A DNA stretch of 64,000 nucleotides from Spirochaetia bacterium (GCA_965203055.1 OZ241863.1:3488001-3552000); one strand, 5' to 3'. Counted from the first letter of the stretch, positions 42,350 to 52,925 are shown. Notes: generated by a model from the sequence alone, not told the origin. Translations and numbers: made by a program.

Positions 42350-45300
42350 ACCCTCCCGCTGTCCGTGAGCGCGGCCCGCGTCAGACGGAACCGCGCGAGT
42401 TGCGAGCGAACGAAGCTGTCGTAGACGTCGCCCAGGCGCTGCTGGTATTCCTCGTCGAGGTCGTTGTGCCACTGCTTGAGCCACGGCACGTGCTCCCGGA
42501 TCGCCGCCAGCAGCGGGGCGGCCCGGGCCGCGGTCCAGCCGTCGCGCTCGTCGGCCTCGTTGTAGTAGGCGGCCAGCGCCTGGCAGAGGGTCAAGTGATC
42601 CCACCCGGCCCGGCCGACCAGGAGCGTGGGATCGTCGTCGCCGCTCACGCCCGGCAAGCTGAAGAAGCGCTCCTTGGGCACGTCGAGGGCGCCGCGCAGG
42701 CGCCAGTAGCCGGCTTTCAGAAAGTCGCCCGCGCGGTACTTGGGCGGCGGCGCCAGGTCGCCGAGCTCGTCCCGCTTGCGGCGGTCCTGTTCAGCCTTGA
42801 GACGGGCGGCATGCTGATCTTCGGTCTCGTCGGCTAGTCGAGGGGTCGCGGCGGCCGTTTCGGCGTCGATTTCGTCCTCGCGCCGCTGCGCGGCCCAGAC
42901 CGCCTCCCAGTCGGCGCGCTTGGCCAGGCCGGAGGGCTTGTAGCGCAGCGCCGGCAGCGCCGGCACGCTTTCGGACTCCACCAGCTCGGCGACCAGCGCG
43001 TCGAGGTAGCCGTAGGCGCGATAGGAGAAGCGGGCGGCGGCCTGCTGGAAGTCGGCATCCGCAGCCGCCCGCGCGGCGATTTCGCCGACGGTGGTGAGCC
43101 GCGGTTCCGGCCAGTAGGCGGGGGACTCCAGCCGGTCGAGCAGCCAGGCGCGGAGGGCGCGCCGTTCCTGATCCTCCCACGGTTCGGTGTTCCAGCGGCG
43201 CTTGTACTCCGGCTTTTCCAGCAGGCCGACGAAGCGGTCGGAACCGATCAGCTCGATGCGCCGCGCAACGAGGGCGCGGTAGTCCTCCGGCCAGTGGGCC
43301 GGCAGCTCGGTGATCGGGGTGGAGCCGTGGCGCTCGAACCACCTAGTCTCCAGTTCGCCGGCCGCCATCCGCCGCGCCATGACGATCTCGAAGGCGCGCT
43401 CGCCGAGCGCCAGCGGCGGGGGTTCGGAGCGGTCGCCGGTGCCGTTGCCGCCGGAATACCGGCAGTCTTCGTCGATGAGGCCGTAGAGGCGGTAGCACTC
43501 CCAGTCGAGTTCCTCCTGCAGGGCAATCATGCGCGCCTGCAGAGACGCCGCAGCGTCGCAGTGAGCATCCAGTTCCTCCGGCGTCAGGGGGAAGCGGTCG
43601 GTCAGTTGCGCCGGCAGATGAGATTGGCGCTCCGCGGCAAGACGGTCTATTTGCTCTGCGATGTCCGCTGGCCGCTCTGTTGGAAGCGGAAACCGCTTCA
43701 GTCCGGTAGCGGTGTACTCATAAAAGTTCTCATATTCGTCCGTCGTTTGGCGGGCGCCATGAATGTCTACCGTGCTTCCTTTGTTGTGAAACACTTGCTT
43801 CATCCAGAAACACGCCGTAGAACTGTTGAGCAAGCCAACAAGCGGCAAGTGATCTGCATCGGTTGCGTCGTCCGGCAGCTTGATGACCGGAGCGGAACGG
43901 TTGAACACCCTGCCACCTCGATCGAACACGAAGTGATTGTGAGTAGCAACGAATGCAAAAGGAATAGAACAAGGCCCGGCATACCGCTTTGGAATCCATC
44001 GGGACCAAGTCCACCAATCATCGCCGCGTTCTAACTTGGTCTTGCCTTCGAACGACTTCATTCCTCCTATCGTAGTGCGGTATTTCCACAGGTATCTTCC
44101 CCACGAGCTGTTGAAGTCGTACTCAAGAGAGTCGTTGTCGCTATCGTAGGGAACGAACGCAGCCGAACTTCCCTCGTATGACCAGTCGCGCACCATCTCG
44201 CCGAGTATATGGTCCCGCACCAAATTGGCGTCTATGCCCAGTCGCAGGAATACCTCCTCCGAAGCTACGAATGCATCGTCGGTTCCGGTAAAGCTGGCAG
44301 GGCCGATCGAAGTCACGGCACTTCCGAGACGATCCATATTCCGGTCCAACCGCAGCTTGAGATCGTTTGCCAAGGTATCGGTGATCGACCAGGGGTAACT
44401 GGCAAAGATAGCTCGCGGAACGTCAGCCACGTCGATCCATTCGTCGTTGCTGCCGGGGCTCTCCACCTGGGTAACGATGGACCGCCAGACATTTCCGTTC
44501 TCGGGTTGCGCGGGAGGCTTCGGTTCGCCGCGGCGCCCCATCACCGCTCGAACGACGTTACGTGCCGGAGTGCGATTGCGGCCGAAGAGAATCACTGTCG
44601 GCGTACCGTGACCAGGGATGTAGGCGCCGGAGGTATCGATTACGTGGGTCAAGTCGAGATGCGGCAGGTACCTTTCGATCAACTTCTTGCCGAATTCTCG
44701 CTTCATGAAGGAGTTTGCCGTGATCATACCAAGATACCCGGCGGATCGTGTCCGGCTGACACGGAGCGCCAGCCCGAAACATCGCTCGGTAAACGGAACG
44801 CTCATCGCATACTTCATGTAGCAGGTCGAGTATCTCGATCGATACAGTTGACGTACCGCTTGGTCCTTCGGGGTGATGTAGGGCGGATTTCCGACCACTA
44901 CGTGATACTGCTGGCCGAGGATGCGGTTCAGGGCCTCGAGGTCTTCGGACTGGAAGGCGTGCGCGAACTCGGTCCCTGCAGCGATTTGCTGTTCAGCGCC
45001 GCTGCCCAGGTCCAGCTCGCCGAAGCGGCGCCCGTGGAGCAGACTGTCGCCGGCGGCCACGTTGAGCGGGAACGCCGGCGCCTCTTGCAGGCGCCTGATG
45101 CCGCTCGCCCGCAGCGCCGCCACCACCAGCCGGAAGCGCGCGATCGCCGCGGCGAACGGGTTGACGTCCACCCCGTGCACGGCCGCCAGCGCGCGCTGCG
45201 CCAGTTCCTGTTTCGGCGCTTCGGACTCGCAGGCGCGCCACCGGCGCAGCAGGCGGTGGAACGCGCCGAGCAGGAAGTGACCGGACCCGCAGGCCGGGTC

Positions 45301-45999
45301 GATCAGGCGCACTGCGGCCAGCCCGAACTGTTCCAGCGCCGGCGTCAGCGTGCGCTCCAGGATGAACTCCTCGACGAATTCCGGCGTCTGCAATAGGGCG
45401 TAGCGCTTCCTGGCGTCGTCGGACAGGTCCTGGTACAGGTCGCCCAGGAAGCGGGTGTCCCACTCAGGGTCGGTGAAGTCGTGGCGCAGCACGCCGGTGT
45501 CCGGGTTCACGGTGCGCCAGAACTCCAGCAGGCCGCGCGCCGCGTCGCCGGAGATGCCGAGGCGCCACACCGGGTTGCGGGCGCGATCGTAGAGCATGGC
45601 CAGCGCCGGCAGGCGGGCGACGGCGGCGAACCCGTCAAGCAGGTAGTCGCGGTCGGTAGCGGTGGGATGGGAGCGAAAGTAGAGTAGCTGGCGATCGGAG
45701 GCCTGCTCGATGGCGCGGTGCGGGCCGCCGATCAGCGGCTCGTCGATCAGCCCGTTGTCCTCGATGAAGCGCACGAACACGGCGCCGAGCAGCCACGCGA
45801 CCGCGGCCTGGGTGAGTTCGCCGGCGCGCCAGACGCGGAAGGTCGCGGCGGTGCGCTCGGCGGCGCGCGCCGCCTGATACTCCGCCTGCAGCGTCGCGGC
45901 CATCTCCGGCACGCTGTCGGCGCGCGCGGCCAAGTCCCGCTCCAGCAGCCGGAGCTGCCGCCGCAGGTCGCTCAGCAGCTCCCGCCGGTCGATTGGCAT
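42346..45999 (-). CDS. pglX: BREX type-2 (Pgl) adenine-specific DNA methyltransferase PglX
   Basis: [88 protein letters not shown] and PWLKQWH motifs. Confidence 0.9.
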   Translation of the reverse strand: MPIDRRELLSDLRRQLRLLERDLAARADSVPEMAATLQAEYQAARAAERTAATFRVWRAGELTQAAVAWLLGAVFVRFIEDNGLIDEPLIGGPHRAIEQASDRQLLYFRSHPTATDRDYLLDGFAAVARLPALAMLYDRARNPVWRLGISGDAARGLLEFWRTVNPDTGVLRHDFTDPEWDTRFLGDLYQDLSDDARKRYALLQTPEFVEEFILERTLTPALEQFGLAAVRLIDPACGSGHFLLGAFHRLLRRWRACESEAPKQELAQRALAAVHGVDVNPFAAAIARFRLVVAALRASGIRRLQEAPAFPLNVAAGDSLLHGRRFGELDLGSGAEQQIAAGTEFAHAFQSEDLEALNRILGQQYHVVVGNPPYITPKDQAVRQLYRSRYSTCYMKYAMSVPFTERCFGLALRVSRTRSAGYLGMITANSFMKREFGKKLIERYLPHLDLTHVIDTSGAYIPGHGTPTVILFGRNRTPARNVVRAVMGRRGEPKPPAQPENGNVWRSIVTQVESPGSNDEWIDVADVPRAIFASYPWSITDTLANDLKLRLDRNMDRLGSAVTSIGPASFTGTDDAFVASEEVFLRLGIDANLVRDHILGEMVRDWSYEGSSAAFVPYDSDNDSLEYDFNSSWGRYLWKYRTTIGGMKSFEGKTKLERGDDWWTWSRWIPKRYAGPCSIPFAFVATHNHFVFDRGGRVFNRSAPVIKLPDDATDADHLPLVGLLNSSTACFWMKQVFHNKGSTVDIHGARQTTDEYENFYEYTATGLKRFPLPTERPADIAEQIDRLAAERQSHLPAQLTDRFPLTPEELDAHCDAAASLQARMIALQEELDWECYRLYGLIDEDCRYSGGNGTGDRSEPPPLALGERAFEIVMARRMAAGELETRWFERHGSTPITELPAHWPEDYRALVARRIELIGSDRFVGLLEKPEYKRRWNTEPWEDQERRALRAWLLDRLESPAYWPEPRLTTVGEIAARAAADADFQQAAARFSYRAYGYLDALVAELVESESVPALPALRYKPSGLAKRADWEAVWAAQRREDEIDAETAAATPRLADETEDQHAARLKAEQDRRKRDELGDLAPPPKYRAGDFLKAGYWRLRGALDVPKERFFSLPGVSGDDDPTLLVGRAGWDHLTLCQALAAYYNEADERDGWTAARAAPLLAAIREHVPWLKQWHNDLDEEYQQRLGDVYDSFVRSQLARFRLTRAALTDSGRV

Positions 46000-46107
46000 C
46001 AGCGAACCCTGGTCTCTCTCACTGAGATAGCGGACGTTCGTCTCGATTCAGCCACGCCGGCCAGTCCTGGCGAACGGCGAGTGACTGATCCCCTTGGGAA
46101 AGGGTCG

Positions 46108-46377
46108 TCAGGTCCCGTCGCCGCCGGCCGTGGCCGCGCCGTTGGGTCGGCTCCTGAGCTTCTGGTACTCCTGCTCGCCGATCCCGGTCGCCCGCTCGAT
46201 CAACGACCAGTCGACGCCGGTCCGCAGGAGACCGTCGATCGTCTCCAACCGCCCTTCGCGCTGGCCTTCCAGGCGGCCCTCGCTCCGGCCCTCGCGGTGC
46301 CGCCGTTCGGCAACCGCTCGCATCTCGTCACGCATCTGGTCGCGCCCTTCCTGGCGCAGCCGTTCGCCGCTCGTCAT
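46108..46377 (-). CDS. Putative internally translated small Rpn product (RpnS-like antitoxin)
   Basis: AGGAGG-N7-ATG in frame: MTSGERLRQEG... Confidence 0.6.
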   Translation of the reverse strand: MTSGERLRQEGRDQMRDEMRAVAERRHREGRSEGRLEGQREGRLETIDGLLRTGVDWSLIERATGIGEQEYQKLRSRPNGAATAGGDGT

Positions 46378-47124
46378 CAACTCGCCTCCTGCCGCCGTGT
46401 GGCTCAGTATATCGCCCATCTCCTCGGGCGTGTCTTCAGGTCCCGTCTCCGCGATATAGTGCATGAACATCTTCATGTCGTCCCGCCCGCCGCTCCCTTC
46501 CCGCTCCAAGTCGTCCAGCAGCGGCCGCATCCGCGCCCGCGCCTCCCGCACCGCGCGGCTGAAGGCGTGCATCATCGTCAGTTGCAGCAACCGCGCCCGG
46601 ACGCTGCCGGCCGCCTGCCCCGGCGACATCTGAGTCTGATCGAACAACAGGTGCTCGAACCGGGGCAGCCACGGCCAGTCCCGCGTTGCGGCGGGAAACA
46701 GGTCAGCGAACTGCCGGGAGTGCCGCCAGCCGGTGGGACCCTGGTAGAAGACCAGCGGCAGGATCGGGCGCAGGTAGCCGGCATCCTTCCGATCCTGGCG
46801 GTCGAGATCCCAGATGCGGCAGCAGTAGCCCAGCAGGCGCAGGCGCAGCCAGTAGTCCGGGGTGGACTGATGCTCGAACAGCAGGTAGAGCCAGAGCGGA
46901 GGCTGCGCGGCACCAAGTTCGGCGTAGCGGACCTCGAACAGCAGGTCGGACGCGGCGCCGCGGAGATCCGGGGTGACGAAGGAGTCGGGGCGCCGCTTGA
47001 GCGTGGGCCAGTGCAGGGCGCGGCTGAGCCGCGCGGGCAGCCGGGCTTGCAGGAATGACGCGGCTTCCGCCGGGGCGCCGAACACGCGCTTGAACAGACG
47101 GTCGTGGGGCTGATGGATGGCCAT
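46108..47124 (-). CDS. Rpn family recombination-promoting nuclease / putative transposase (second paralogue)
   Basis: HDRLFK, SDLLF, YLLFEHQS and PLVFYQG motifs; EG-repeat tail; clearly homologous to 41339..42349. Confidence 0.92.
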   Translation of the reverse strand: MAIHQPHDRLFKRVFGAPAEAASFLQARLPARLSRALHWPTLKRRPDSFVTPDLRGAASDLLFEVRYAELGAAQPPLWLYLLFEHQSTPDYWLRLRLLGYCCRIWDLDRQDRKDAGYLRPILPLVFYQGPTGWRHSRQFADLFPAATRDWPWLPRFEHLLFDQTQMSPGQAAGSVRARLLQLTMMHAFSRAVREARARMRPLLDDLEREGSGGRDDMKMFMHYIAETGPEDTPEEMGDILSHTAAGGELMTSGERLRQEGRDQMRDEMRAVAERRHREGRSEGRLEGQREGRLETIDGLLRTGVDWSLIERATGIGEQEYQKLRSRPNGAATAGGDGT

Positions 47125-47301
47125 GCCCCCTATAACGGGCCGGCCGTCCGTGGCGCTTCAACGCGCGTAGCGGTCACGTCCGCCGAATCCATCAACACGG
47201 GCCAGTCGCCGCCGCAGGCGCGCGATTTCGCCGGCAGGCTAGGCGGACCGCACGCGCAGACACGCGCGCGACTGCCGCCGGCTGCAGGTATGCTGCGGGC
47301 C

Positions 47302-48813
47302 ATGTCTTCGAGCGCCCGCAACGTACTTCTGATCACCTCCGACCAGCAGCACTGGAACACCCTGGGATGCCTCAACCCCGAAGTCCGAACCCCCAACCTC
47401 GACCGGCTGGCGGCGCAGGGCACGCTGTTCACCCGCGCCTACTGCCCCAATCCGACCTGCACGCCGACCCGCGCGTCGATCATCACCGGCAAGTATCCGA
47501 GCCAGCACGGCGCCTACGCGCTAGGCACCAAGCTGCTCGAATCGGAGCCCACCGTCGGCGACCACCTGCAGGCGGCCGGCATCCGCACGGCGCTGGTGGG
47601 CAAGGCGCACTTCCAGCCACTGGCCGGCAGCGCCCGGTTTCCCTCGCTGGAAGCGTATCCGACGCTGCAGGACCTGGCCTTCTGGCGCCGGTTCCATGGC
47701 CCGTTCTACGGCTTCGAGCACGTCGAGCTGGCCCGCAACCACACCGACGAAGCGCACGTCGGCCAGCACTACGCGCTGTGGATGGAACAGCAGGGGTTGA
47801 GCAACTGGCGCGACTACTTCCGCCCGCCCACCGGCACCAACGACCGCCAGCGGCGCACCTGGCAGCTCCCGGAGGCGTTCCACTACGGCACCTGGATTGC
47901 CGAGCGCTGCTGCGCTCTGCTGGACGGCTACGCCCGGCGCGGCGAACGGTTCCTGCTCTGGGCGAGCTTCTTCGACCCGCACCCCAAGTACCTGGTCCCG
48001 GAGCCGTGGGACCGGATGTACGATCCGGGCGCGCTTACGATCCCGGCGCTTGCCGCCGGCGAGCACGACGCCAACCCGCCCCACTTCCGGCTCACCCAGT
48101 CGGAGGAGCCCGACTTCTCGCCCTGGCGGGAGAGCGGCCAGGGGCTGCACGGGCTTACTTCGCACCTCCACGACCGGGAGGAGCTGGCCCGGGACGTCGC
48201 CTGCTACTACGGGATGATCAGTCTGCTGGACCGGCAGGTGGGGCGCATCCTCGACCGGCTGGCGGCGCTGGGACTGGCGCGCGACACGCTGGTGGTGTTC
48301 ACCTCCGATCACGGCCACCTGTTCGGCCAGCACGGCCTCACCGCCAAGGGGCCGTTCCACTACGAAGACCTGCTGCGGGTACCGCTGATCGTGGCGCAGC
48401 CGGGCCGGGCGCCGGCCGGCCGGCGTTGCGCCGCCCTGCAGTCGCTGGTCGACTTTGCGCCCTCGTTTCTGGCCGCCACCGGCACCCCCGTTCCCGCGGC
48501 GATGACCGGCGTCGATCAGAGCGCCGTCTGGTATGGCCGCAGCGCGGCGCGGCGCGATCACGTGCTGGTGGAGAACCGCCACGAGCCGACCACCATCCAC
48601 CTGCGCACCTTCATCGACCAACGGCACAAGCTGACCGTCTACTACAACCGCGACTACGGCGAGCTGTTCGATCTGGCCGCCGACCCGCGCGAAGTCCGCA
48701 ACCTGTGGGACGTGCCCGCGGCGCGCGAGCTGAAGCACGACCTGATCCGCAAGCTGCTGCATGCGGAACTGGGCCGGGAGCCGCTGCCGATGCCGCGCAT
48801 CGCCGGCGCTTAG
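47302..48813 (+). CDS. Cys-type sulfatase (cytoplasmic)
   Basis: NVLLITSDQ, CTPTRASIITG (CxPxR), GKAH, DPHP, TSDHG and KG motifs. Confidence 0.92.
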   Translation: MSSSARNVLLITSDQQHWNTLGCLNPEVRTPNLDRLAAQGTLFTRAYCPNPTCTPTRASIITGKYPSQHGAYALGTKLLESEPTVGDHLQAAGIRTALVGKAHFQPLAGSARFPSLEAYPTLQDLAFWRRFHGPFYGFEHVELARNHTDEAHVGQHYALWMEQQGLSNWRDYFRPPTGTNDRQRRTWQLPEAFHYGTWIAERCCALLDGYARRGERFLLWASFFDPHPKYLVPEPWDRMYDPGALTIPALAAGEHDANPPHFRLTQSEEPDFSPWRESGQGLHGLTSHLHDREELARDVACYYGMISLLDRQVGRILDRLAALGLARDTLVVFTSDHGHLFGQHGLTAKGPFHYEDLLRVPLIVAQPGRAPAGRRCAALQSLVDFAPSFLAATGTPVPAAMTGVDQSAVWYGRSAARRDHVLVENRHEPTTIHLRTFIDQRHKLTVYYNRDYGELFDLAADPREVRNLWDVPAARELKHDLIRKLLHAELGREPLPMPRIAGA

Positions 48814-48828
48814 CGTAGCGTAGCTTAG

Positions 48829-50160
48829 CTAGCCGGCGACCCGGCGGGCGCGGAGCGCCAGCACCGCGGCCAGCGCCAGCAGCGGCAGCGCGGCCAGCGC
48901 CAATGCGAGCCGGGCGCGGGCGGAAGGCGCGACGACCCGCACCTGGCGGTCGCTGGAGGGCAGCGGCCGGCCGCTGCCCTCCAGCACGCGCACCCGCAGC
49001 ACCGCCCGCGGCGGCGCGGCGGGAAGGTGGAACGCGCGCAGCGACGGTTCCCGGCCGGCATGCCTCCCGGCGGGATCGAACGGCACGATCCGGTAGCCCA
49101 GCGCCGCGCCCGGGAGCTGCTCGACGAAGAACGGGCGTTCGCGCACGGCGCGCGGCGGCGCCGCCCCGGCGGCTACCTCGAGCGCGGCCCCGGGCACCTG
49201 CTGAATGCGCACCCACTTCATCAGCCGCGGGTTGCCCCTGGCGTCGTTGCGGCGCATCTTCTCGTAGAACAGGTCGTTGTACTCCTGCTGGTAGAACGGC
49301 CGGAAGTACAGGTCGGCGGAGCCGTCCACGTACAGCACCGACGCCGGGCTGACCGACTCCACCGGCCGCGTCCACTTGTCGCCGGGGATCACCTCCAGCC
49401 CGACCGCCTCGGCGCGGCGTTGCGCGAAGGTCACGATGCGGCGCTCCGAGCCCTCCATGACGTCGCCCGCCGCGGTGCGCAGGCGGATACGGTACTCCCC
49501 GGCCGGCAGGTTGATCACGAATGCCTGCTGCACCGGCACCGGGGGCACCGCGTAGTGGCCGGGCGGCTGCGGCTCCGGCGGCGGCGCGAGCTGCTCCAGC
49601 TCCGCGGCCAGCCGGGTCACGTCCTTCCCGGCCGCGCGCATCGCGGCCGCCGCCTCCGCCATGCGCTGCAGCACCTGGTCGTACACCTGCCGCTGGCGCC
49701 GGTAGTCCGCGATCGCCTGGTAGTAGGCCGCGGTCAGGCCGCGCGCGTGCCGCACCGCGGCCGCCGCCTCCGCCCCGGTGGCGACCTGCCAGTTCTGTTC
49801 ATATTCGCCGCGCACGTTGTAGTAGGTGTAGGGAGTCATGCCGAGGGACTGCTGCGGGCTCCCGCGACCGCTCAGCTCCAGGGTGCCCTCGAACGCCACG
49901 TCGAGCGCGCGGTCGAGCATCCACTCCCCGGTGATCGGCCAGAAGTAGACCAGCCGATTGCGCGCGGTGATGAAATTGTCGACCTCCGCCAGCAGGTAGA
50001 TGGCGCGCGCCTCGCGGCGCGCGAAGGTGGCGGAGTAGTCGCGGCCGTTGAACGCCACGATCGAGTAGACGAACTGCTCCTCCCGCAGCGGCGCCTGCGC
50101 CGCCAGCCCCGCGGCGCCGAGCAGGAGCAGCAGGCCCGCGGCCCGGCGCCGCCGCCTCAC
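48829..50160 (-). CDS. Exported hypothetical protein with C-terminal membrane anchor
   Basis: GTG at 50160 overlaps the permease stop; signal peptide, central helical region, C-terminal TM plus basic tail. Confidence 0.75.
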   Translation of the reverse strand: MRRRRRAAGLLLLLGAAGLAAQAPLREEQFVYSIVAFNGRDYSATFARREARAIYLLAEVDNFITARNRLVYFWPITGEWMLDRALDVAFEGTLELSGRGSPQQSLGMTPYTYYNVRGEYEQNWQVATGAEAAAAVRHARGLTAAYYQAIADYRRQRQVYDQVLQRMAEAAAAMRAAGKDVTRLAAELEQLAPPPEPQPPGHYAVPPVPVQQAFVINLPAGEYRIRLRTAAGDVMEGSERRIVTFAQRRAEAVGLEVIPGDKWTRPVESVSPASVLYVDGSADLYFRPFYQQEYNDLFYEKMRRNDARGNPRLMKWVRIQQVPGAALEVAAGAAPPRAVRERPFFVEQLPGAALGYRIVPFDPAGRHAGREPSLRAFHLPAAPPRAVLRVRVLEGSGRPLPSSDRQVRVVAPSARARLALALAALPLLALAAVLALRARRVAG

Positions 50161-51026
50161 GGGCGTACCCCGCGCAGCTTCATGAGCAGGTGGCCGGCCG
50201 CCAGCAGCGCCGCGGCCAGCAGCGCCAGCAGCAGGGCGCCGGCGAGGTACTTCCCCCAGTTGCGCAGCTCCGCGGAGCGCAGCGCCAGCTCCCAGTAGAA
50301 CAGCGGCGAGACCCACTTGATCGCCCAGGCGGATACGCTCGCCAGGGTGCGCGCGTACCCGCCGACCACGGCGAAGGAGCCGACCGTCACCCCGCCGAAG
50401 AGCAGGATCAGGCCCAGGAACAGGGCCACCGCGGAGGCGGAGTTGTCGGTCAGGGCCGCGGCCAGGATGCCGTAGCCGTAGACCGCGGCGGCGAGGAAGA
50501 ACAGGATCGACAGGTTGGCGAAGAACGCCGGACCAAGCAGCAGATTGTTGAGCCCGGCAGCGGCCAGCAGAAACAGCAGCAGCAGCGCCAGCGCGGCCAG
50601 GGTCAGCAGCAGGTCCTTGAGCAGCGCCGCCAGCAACCAGGCGGCGGCGTCCGCCGGGCCGTAGGTGAGCAGCTCCAGGGCGCCGACCTTCTTCTCCAGG
50701 CCGATGCGGAACACCGAGCTTACCGCCAGATAGAGCAGCACCGGCAGGAAGGCGGCGTACAGGATGAACAGGAACGGACCCTCGGCAAACAGCTTCGCCG
50801 TGAAGGCGGTCCCGAACGCCCCCGCCAGGCTGCGGCCGATCAGGTCCCAGGCGGGATCGAGGGTGAAGTCGAACCCGCTCGAATCGACCGCCCGGACGAA
50901 CCCGGCGACCAGCAGCCAAGCCAGCACCAGGCCGCAGGTCTGAGCGACGTAGTAGCCGGGGCTGAGCAGGGTCTCGAACAGGCGCCGCCGGGCGATCACC
51001 GCGGTGGCGTGGAGGCGCAGGTTCAC
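50157..51026 (-). CDS. ABC-2-type permease
   Basis: About 6 TMs; EKKVGALELLTYGP resembles the E...G..ELL..P loop of GldF-like permeases. Confidence 0.8.
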   Translation of the reverse strand: MNLRLHATAVIARRRLFETLLSPGYYVAQTCGLVLAWLLVAGFVRAVDSSGFDFTLDPAWDLIGRSLAGAFGTAFTAKLFAEGPFLFILYAAFLPVLLYLAVSSVFRIGLEKKVGALELLTYGPADAAAWLLAALLKDLLLTLAALALLLLFLLAAAGLNNLLLGPAFFANLSILFFLAAAVYGYGILAAALTDNSASAVALFLGLILLFGGVTVGSFAVVGGYARTLASVSAWAIKWVSPLFYWELALRSAELRNWGKYLAGALLLALLAAALLAAGHLLMKLRGVRP

Positions 51027-51979
51027 CGCCCGCCGCCGAGCCCCGCCAACCGGTCGACGTTGTCGCCGGTGATGGTCACGAACGCCTCCTCCAGGCTGAG
51101 GCTGCGCTCGCGGATGCTGAGCGGCACCAGGCGCTGGTCGATCAGGTACTGGCTGAGGGCTCGCCGGCTGTCGCCGGTGGGGGCCACCTTGACCACCAGG
51201 GTGCCGGGGCCGCTCCGCTCCGCTGCGCGCGCGAAGTCGAGCGCCGCGACCTTGGCCGGCAGTTCGGGCGGGACCTGTTCCAGATCGACGTGAATCTCGC
51301 GCTCCTCGGCCAGCGTGGCGAGGAGGTTCTCCATGCGGTCTTCGGCCAGCAGCCGGCCGCGAAAGATGATCGCCACCCGTTCGCACACCTTCTCCATCTC
51401 CGACAGCAGGTGGGAAGACACGAAGATGGTCCGGCCCGCGCGGCGCTCCTCCAGGATCAGATCGCGGATCTGCTTGACCCCGAACGGGTCGAGTCCCGAG
51501 ATCGGTTCGTCCAGAAACAGGATGTCGGGATCGTGCAGCAGCGCGCGCACGATCGACAGCTTCTGCAGCATGCCGCGCGAGAACCGGGCGAAGCGCTTGT
51601 GCTTCACCGGCGCCAAGCCGACCCGTTCCAGGAGATGGTCGATGCGGCGCGCCGCGCGCGGCACGCGAAACAGGTCGGCGAAGAACTGCAGGTACTCGCC
51701 GGCGGTCATCCAGCTCCACATGCCGGCCGGGTGCTTCTCCGGCACCACGCCGATGCGCCGCCGCAGGTCGAGCCGGGCCGGGCCGTAGGTTTCGCCGAAC
51801 AACCGGATCTCGCCGGCGGTGGGCTTTACCACGCCCAGCAGCATCAGGATCGTGGTGGTCTTGCCGGCGCCGTTGGGCCCCAGAAAGCCGTAGATCTCGC
51901 CCGCCGGGATGTTCAGGTCGATGCCGGCCACCGCGGTGAACGAACCGTAGCGCTTGGTCAGCCGCTCGGTGCGGATCAT
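51023..51979 (-). CDS. ABC transporter ATP-binding protein
   Basis: [24 protein letters not shown] and SSHLLSE motifs. Confidence 0.93.
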   Translation of the reverse strand: MIRTERLTKRYGSFTAVAGIDLNIPAGEIYGFLGPNGAGKTTTILMLLGVVKPTAGEIRLFGETYGPARLDLRRRIGVVPEKHPAGMWSWMTAGEYLQFFADLFRVPRAARRIDHLLERVGLAPVKHKRFARFSRGMLQKLSIVRALLHDPDILFLDEPISGLDPFGVKQIRDLILEERRAGRTIFVSSHLLSEMEKVCERVAIIFRGRLLAEDRMENLLATLAEEREIHVDLEQVPPELPAKVAALDFARAAERSGPGTLVVKVAPTGDSRRALSQYLIDQRLVPLSIRERSLSLEEAFVTITGDNVDRLAGLGGGR

Positions 51980-52833
51980 GAGCCGGTTCCCGCCACGTTC
52001 CAGGAGGTGAAGCGGTAGGCGGTCAGGGTGCCGGCCCGCTCGTGCGGCGCCAGGTGGGCGGCCAGCGCTGCCGGCGGCAGGTCCCAGATCGGTTCCATGA
52101 TGCGGGCGAGCTCCCGGGAGTCGGCCGCGGTCGGGTCGGGGACCACGATCAGATAGTCGATTACCCAGTAGGGGTGGGCGTTGGCCTCGATCTCGCTGCC
52201 GGGAATGGAGGCGCGGTACCGGAACGTGGTCTCCGGCGCCGCGTCCCACTGCCAGCGCAACCGGCCCCGGTACAGCTCGCGGCCGCGGGAAGCGCCGGCC
52301 GCGGTTTCCTCCCGAACCGGCACGCCATCGACTACCTGCACCGAGATGCGCGCCCCGAGCCACAGATCGAGGGCGGGATGATTCACCACCGCCGGCCCCG
52401 CCGAGCTGACCGGACGCAGCTCCTGCACGAGGTCATTTCCTGCCCGCTCCTCGAAGATGACCCATTCGGCGAGGTCCGGAATCTCGTAGCCGAGCAGCTC
52501 GATCGGTTCGGCGCGCCGGTTCGCGCCGCGCCGCAAGGTCACCGCCACGGTCCGGGCGACGTAGGAGGGCGCGCTGATCTCCAGCGTGGCCGCGCCCGGT
52601 TCGAGCCGGGTGAAGCGCTGCGGGCGCGGCCCGCGGTCGCTCTGGAAGTGCGACCGGATCACCCTGCCCTGGAGCCGGAAGGTGGCATCCCACACCCAGT
52701 TCTTGCTCACCGCGTCGCGCACCACGAACTCGTAGGTGGTGTCCGGCCGGTTGGCGGCCACGTACCCTGCCGCCGCAGCCGCCAGCACCGCGGCGCCCGC
52801 CAGCACCGGAATCAGTACCCGCCGCCTGCGCAT
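51976..52833 (-). CDS. Membrane-anchored hypothetical protein (carboxypeptidase-regulatory/PEGA-like beta domain)
   Basis: N-terminal TM; VRDAVS...FTRLEPGAATLEISAPSY pattern. Confidence 0.7.
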   Translation of the reverse strand: MRRRRVLIPVLAGAAVLAAAAAGYVAANRPDTTYEFVVRDAVSKNWVWDATFRLQGRVIRSHFQSDRGPRPQRFTRLEPGAATLEISAPSYVARTVAVTLRRGANRRAEPIELLGYEIPDLAEWVIFEERAGNDLVQELRPVSSAGPAVVNHPALDLWLGARISVQVVDGVPVREETAAGASRGRELYRGRLRWQWDAAPETTFRYRASIPGSEIEANAHPYWVIDYLIVVPDPTAADSRELARIMEPIWDLPPAALAAHLAPHERAGTLTAYRFTSWNVAGTGS

Positions 52834-52925
52834 CGACGCGCGGCAGCGTAGCACGCTCCCGCGGGCCGGGTCTTGGCCTTGACAGGAACCGGCGCACTCC
52901 CCCTATCCTCAGAGCCGCCCGCCGC

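Noticed and set aside
42346..45999. Homopolymer phase-variation tract in pglX, as in Streptomyces Pgl
   Set aside because: No long G/C run was seen by eye and the frame is intact.
46000..46107. Possible pglW remnant upstream of pglX
   Set aside because: A short frame ends overlapping the pglX ATG but shows no recognisable PglW similarity.
48811..48833. Short TAGCG/TAGCT tandem repeat between convergent stop codons
   Set aside because: It is too short to support a function and is probably local slippage.
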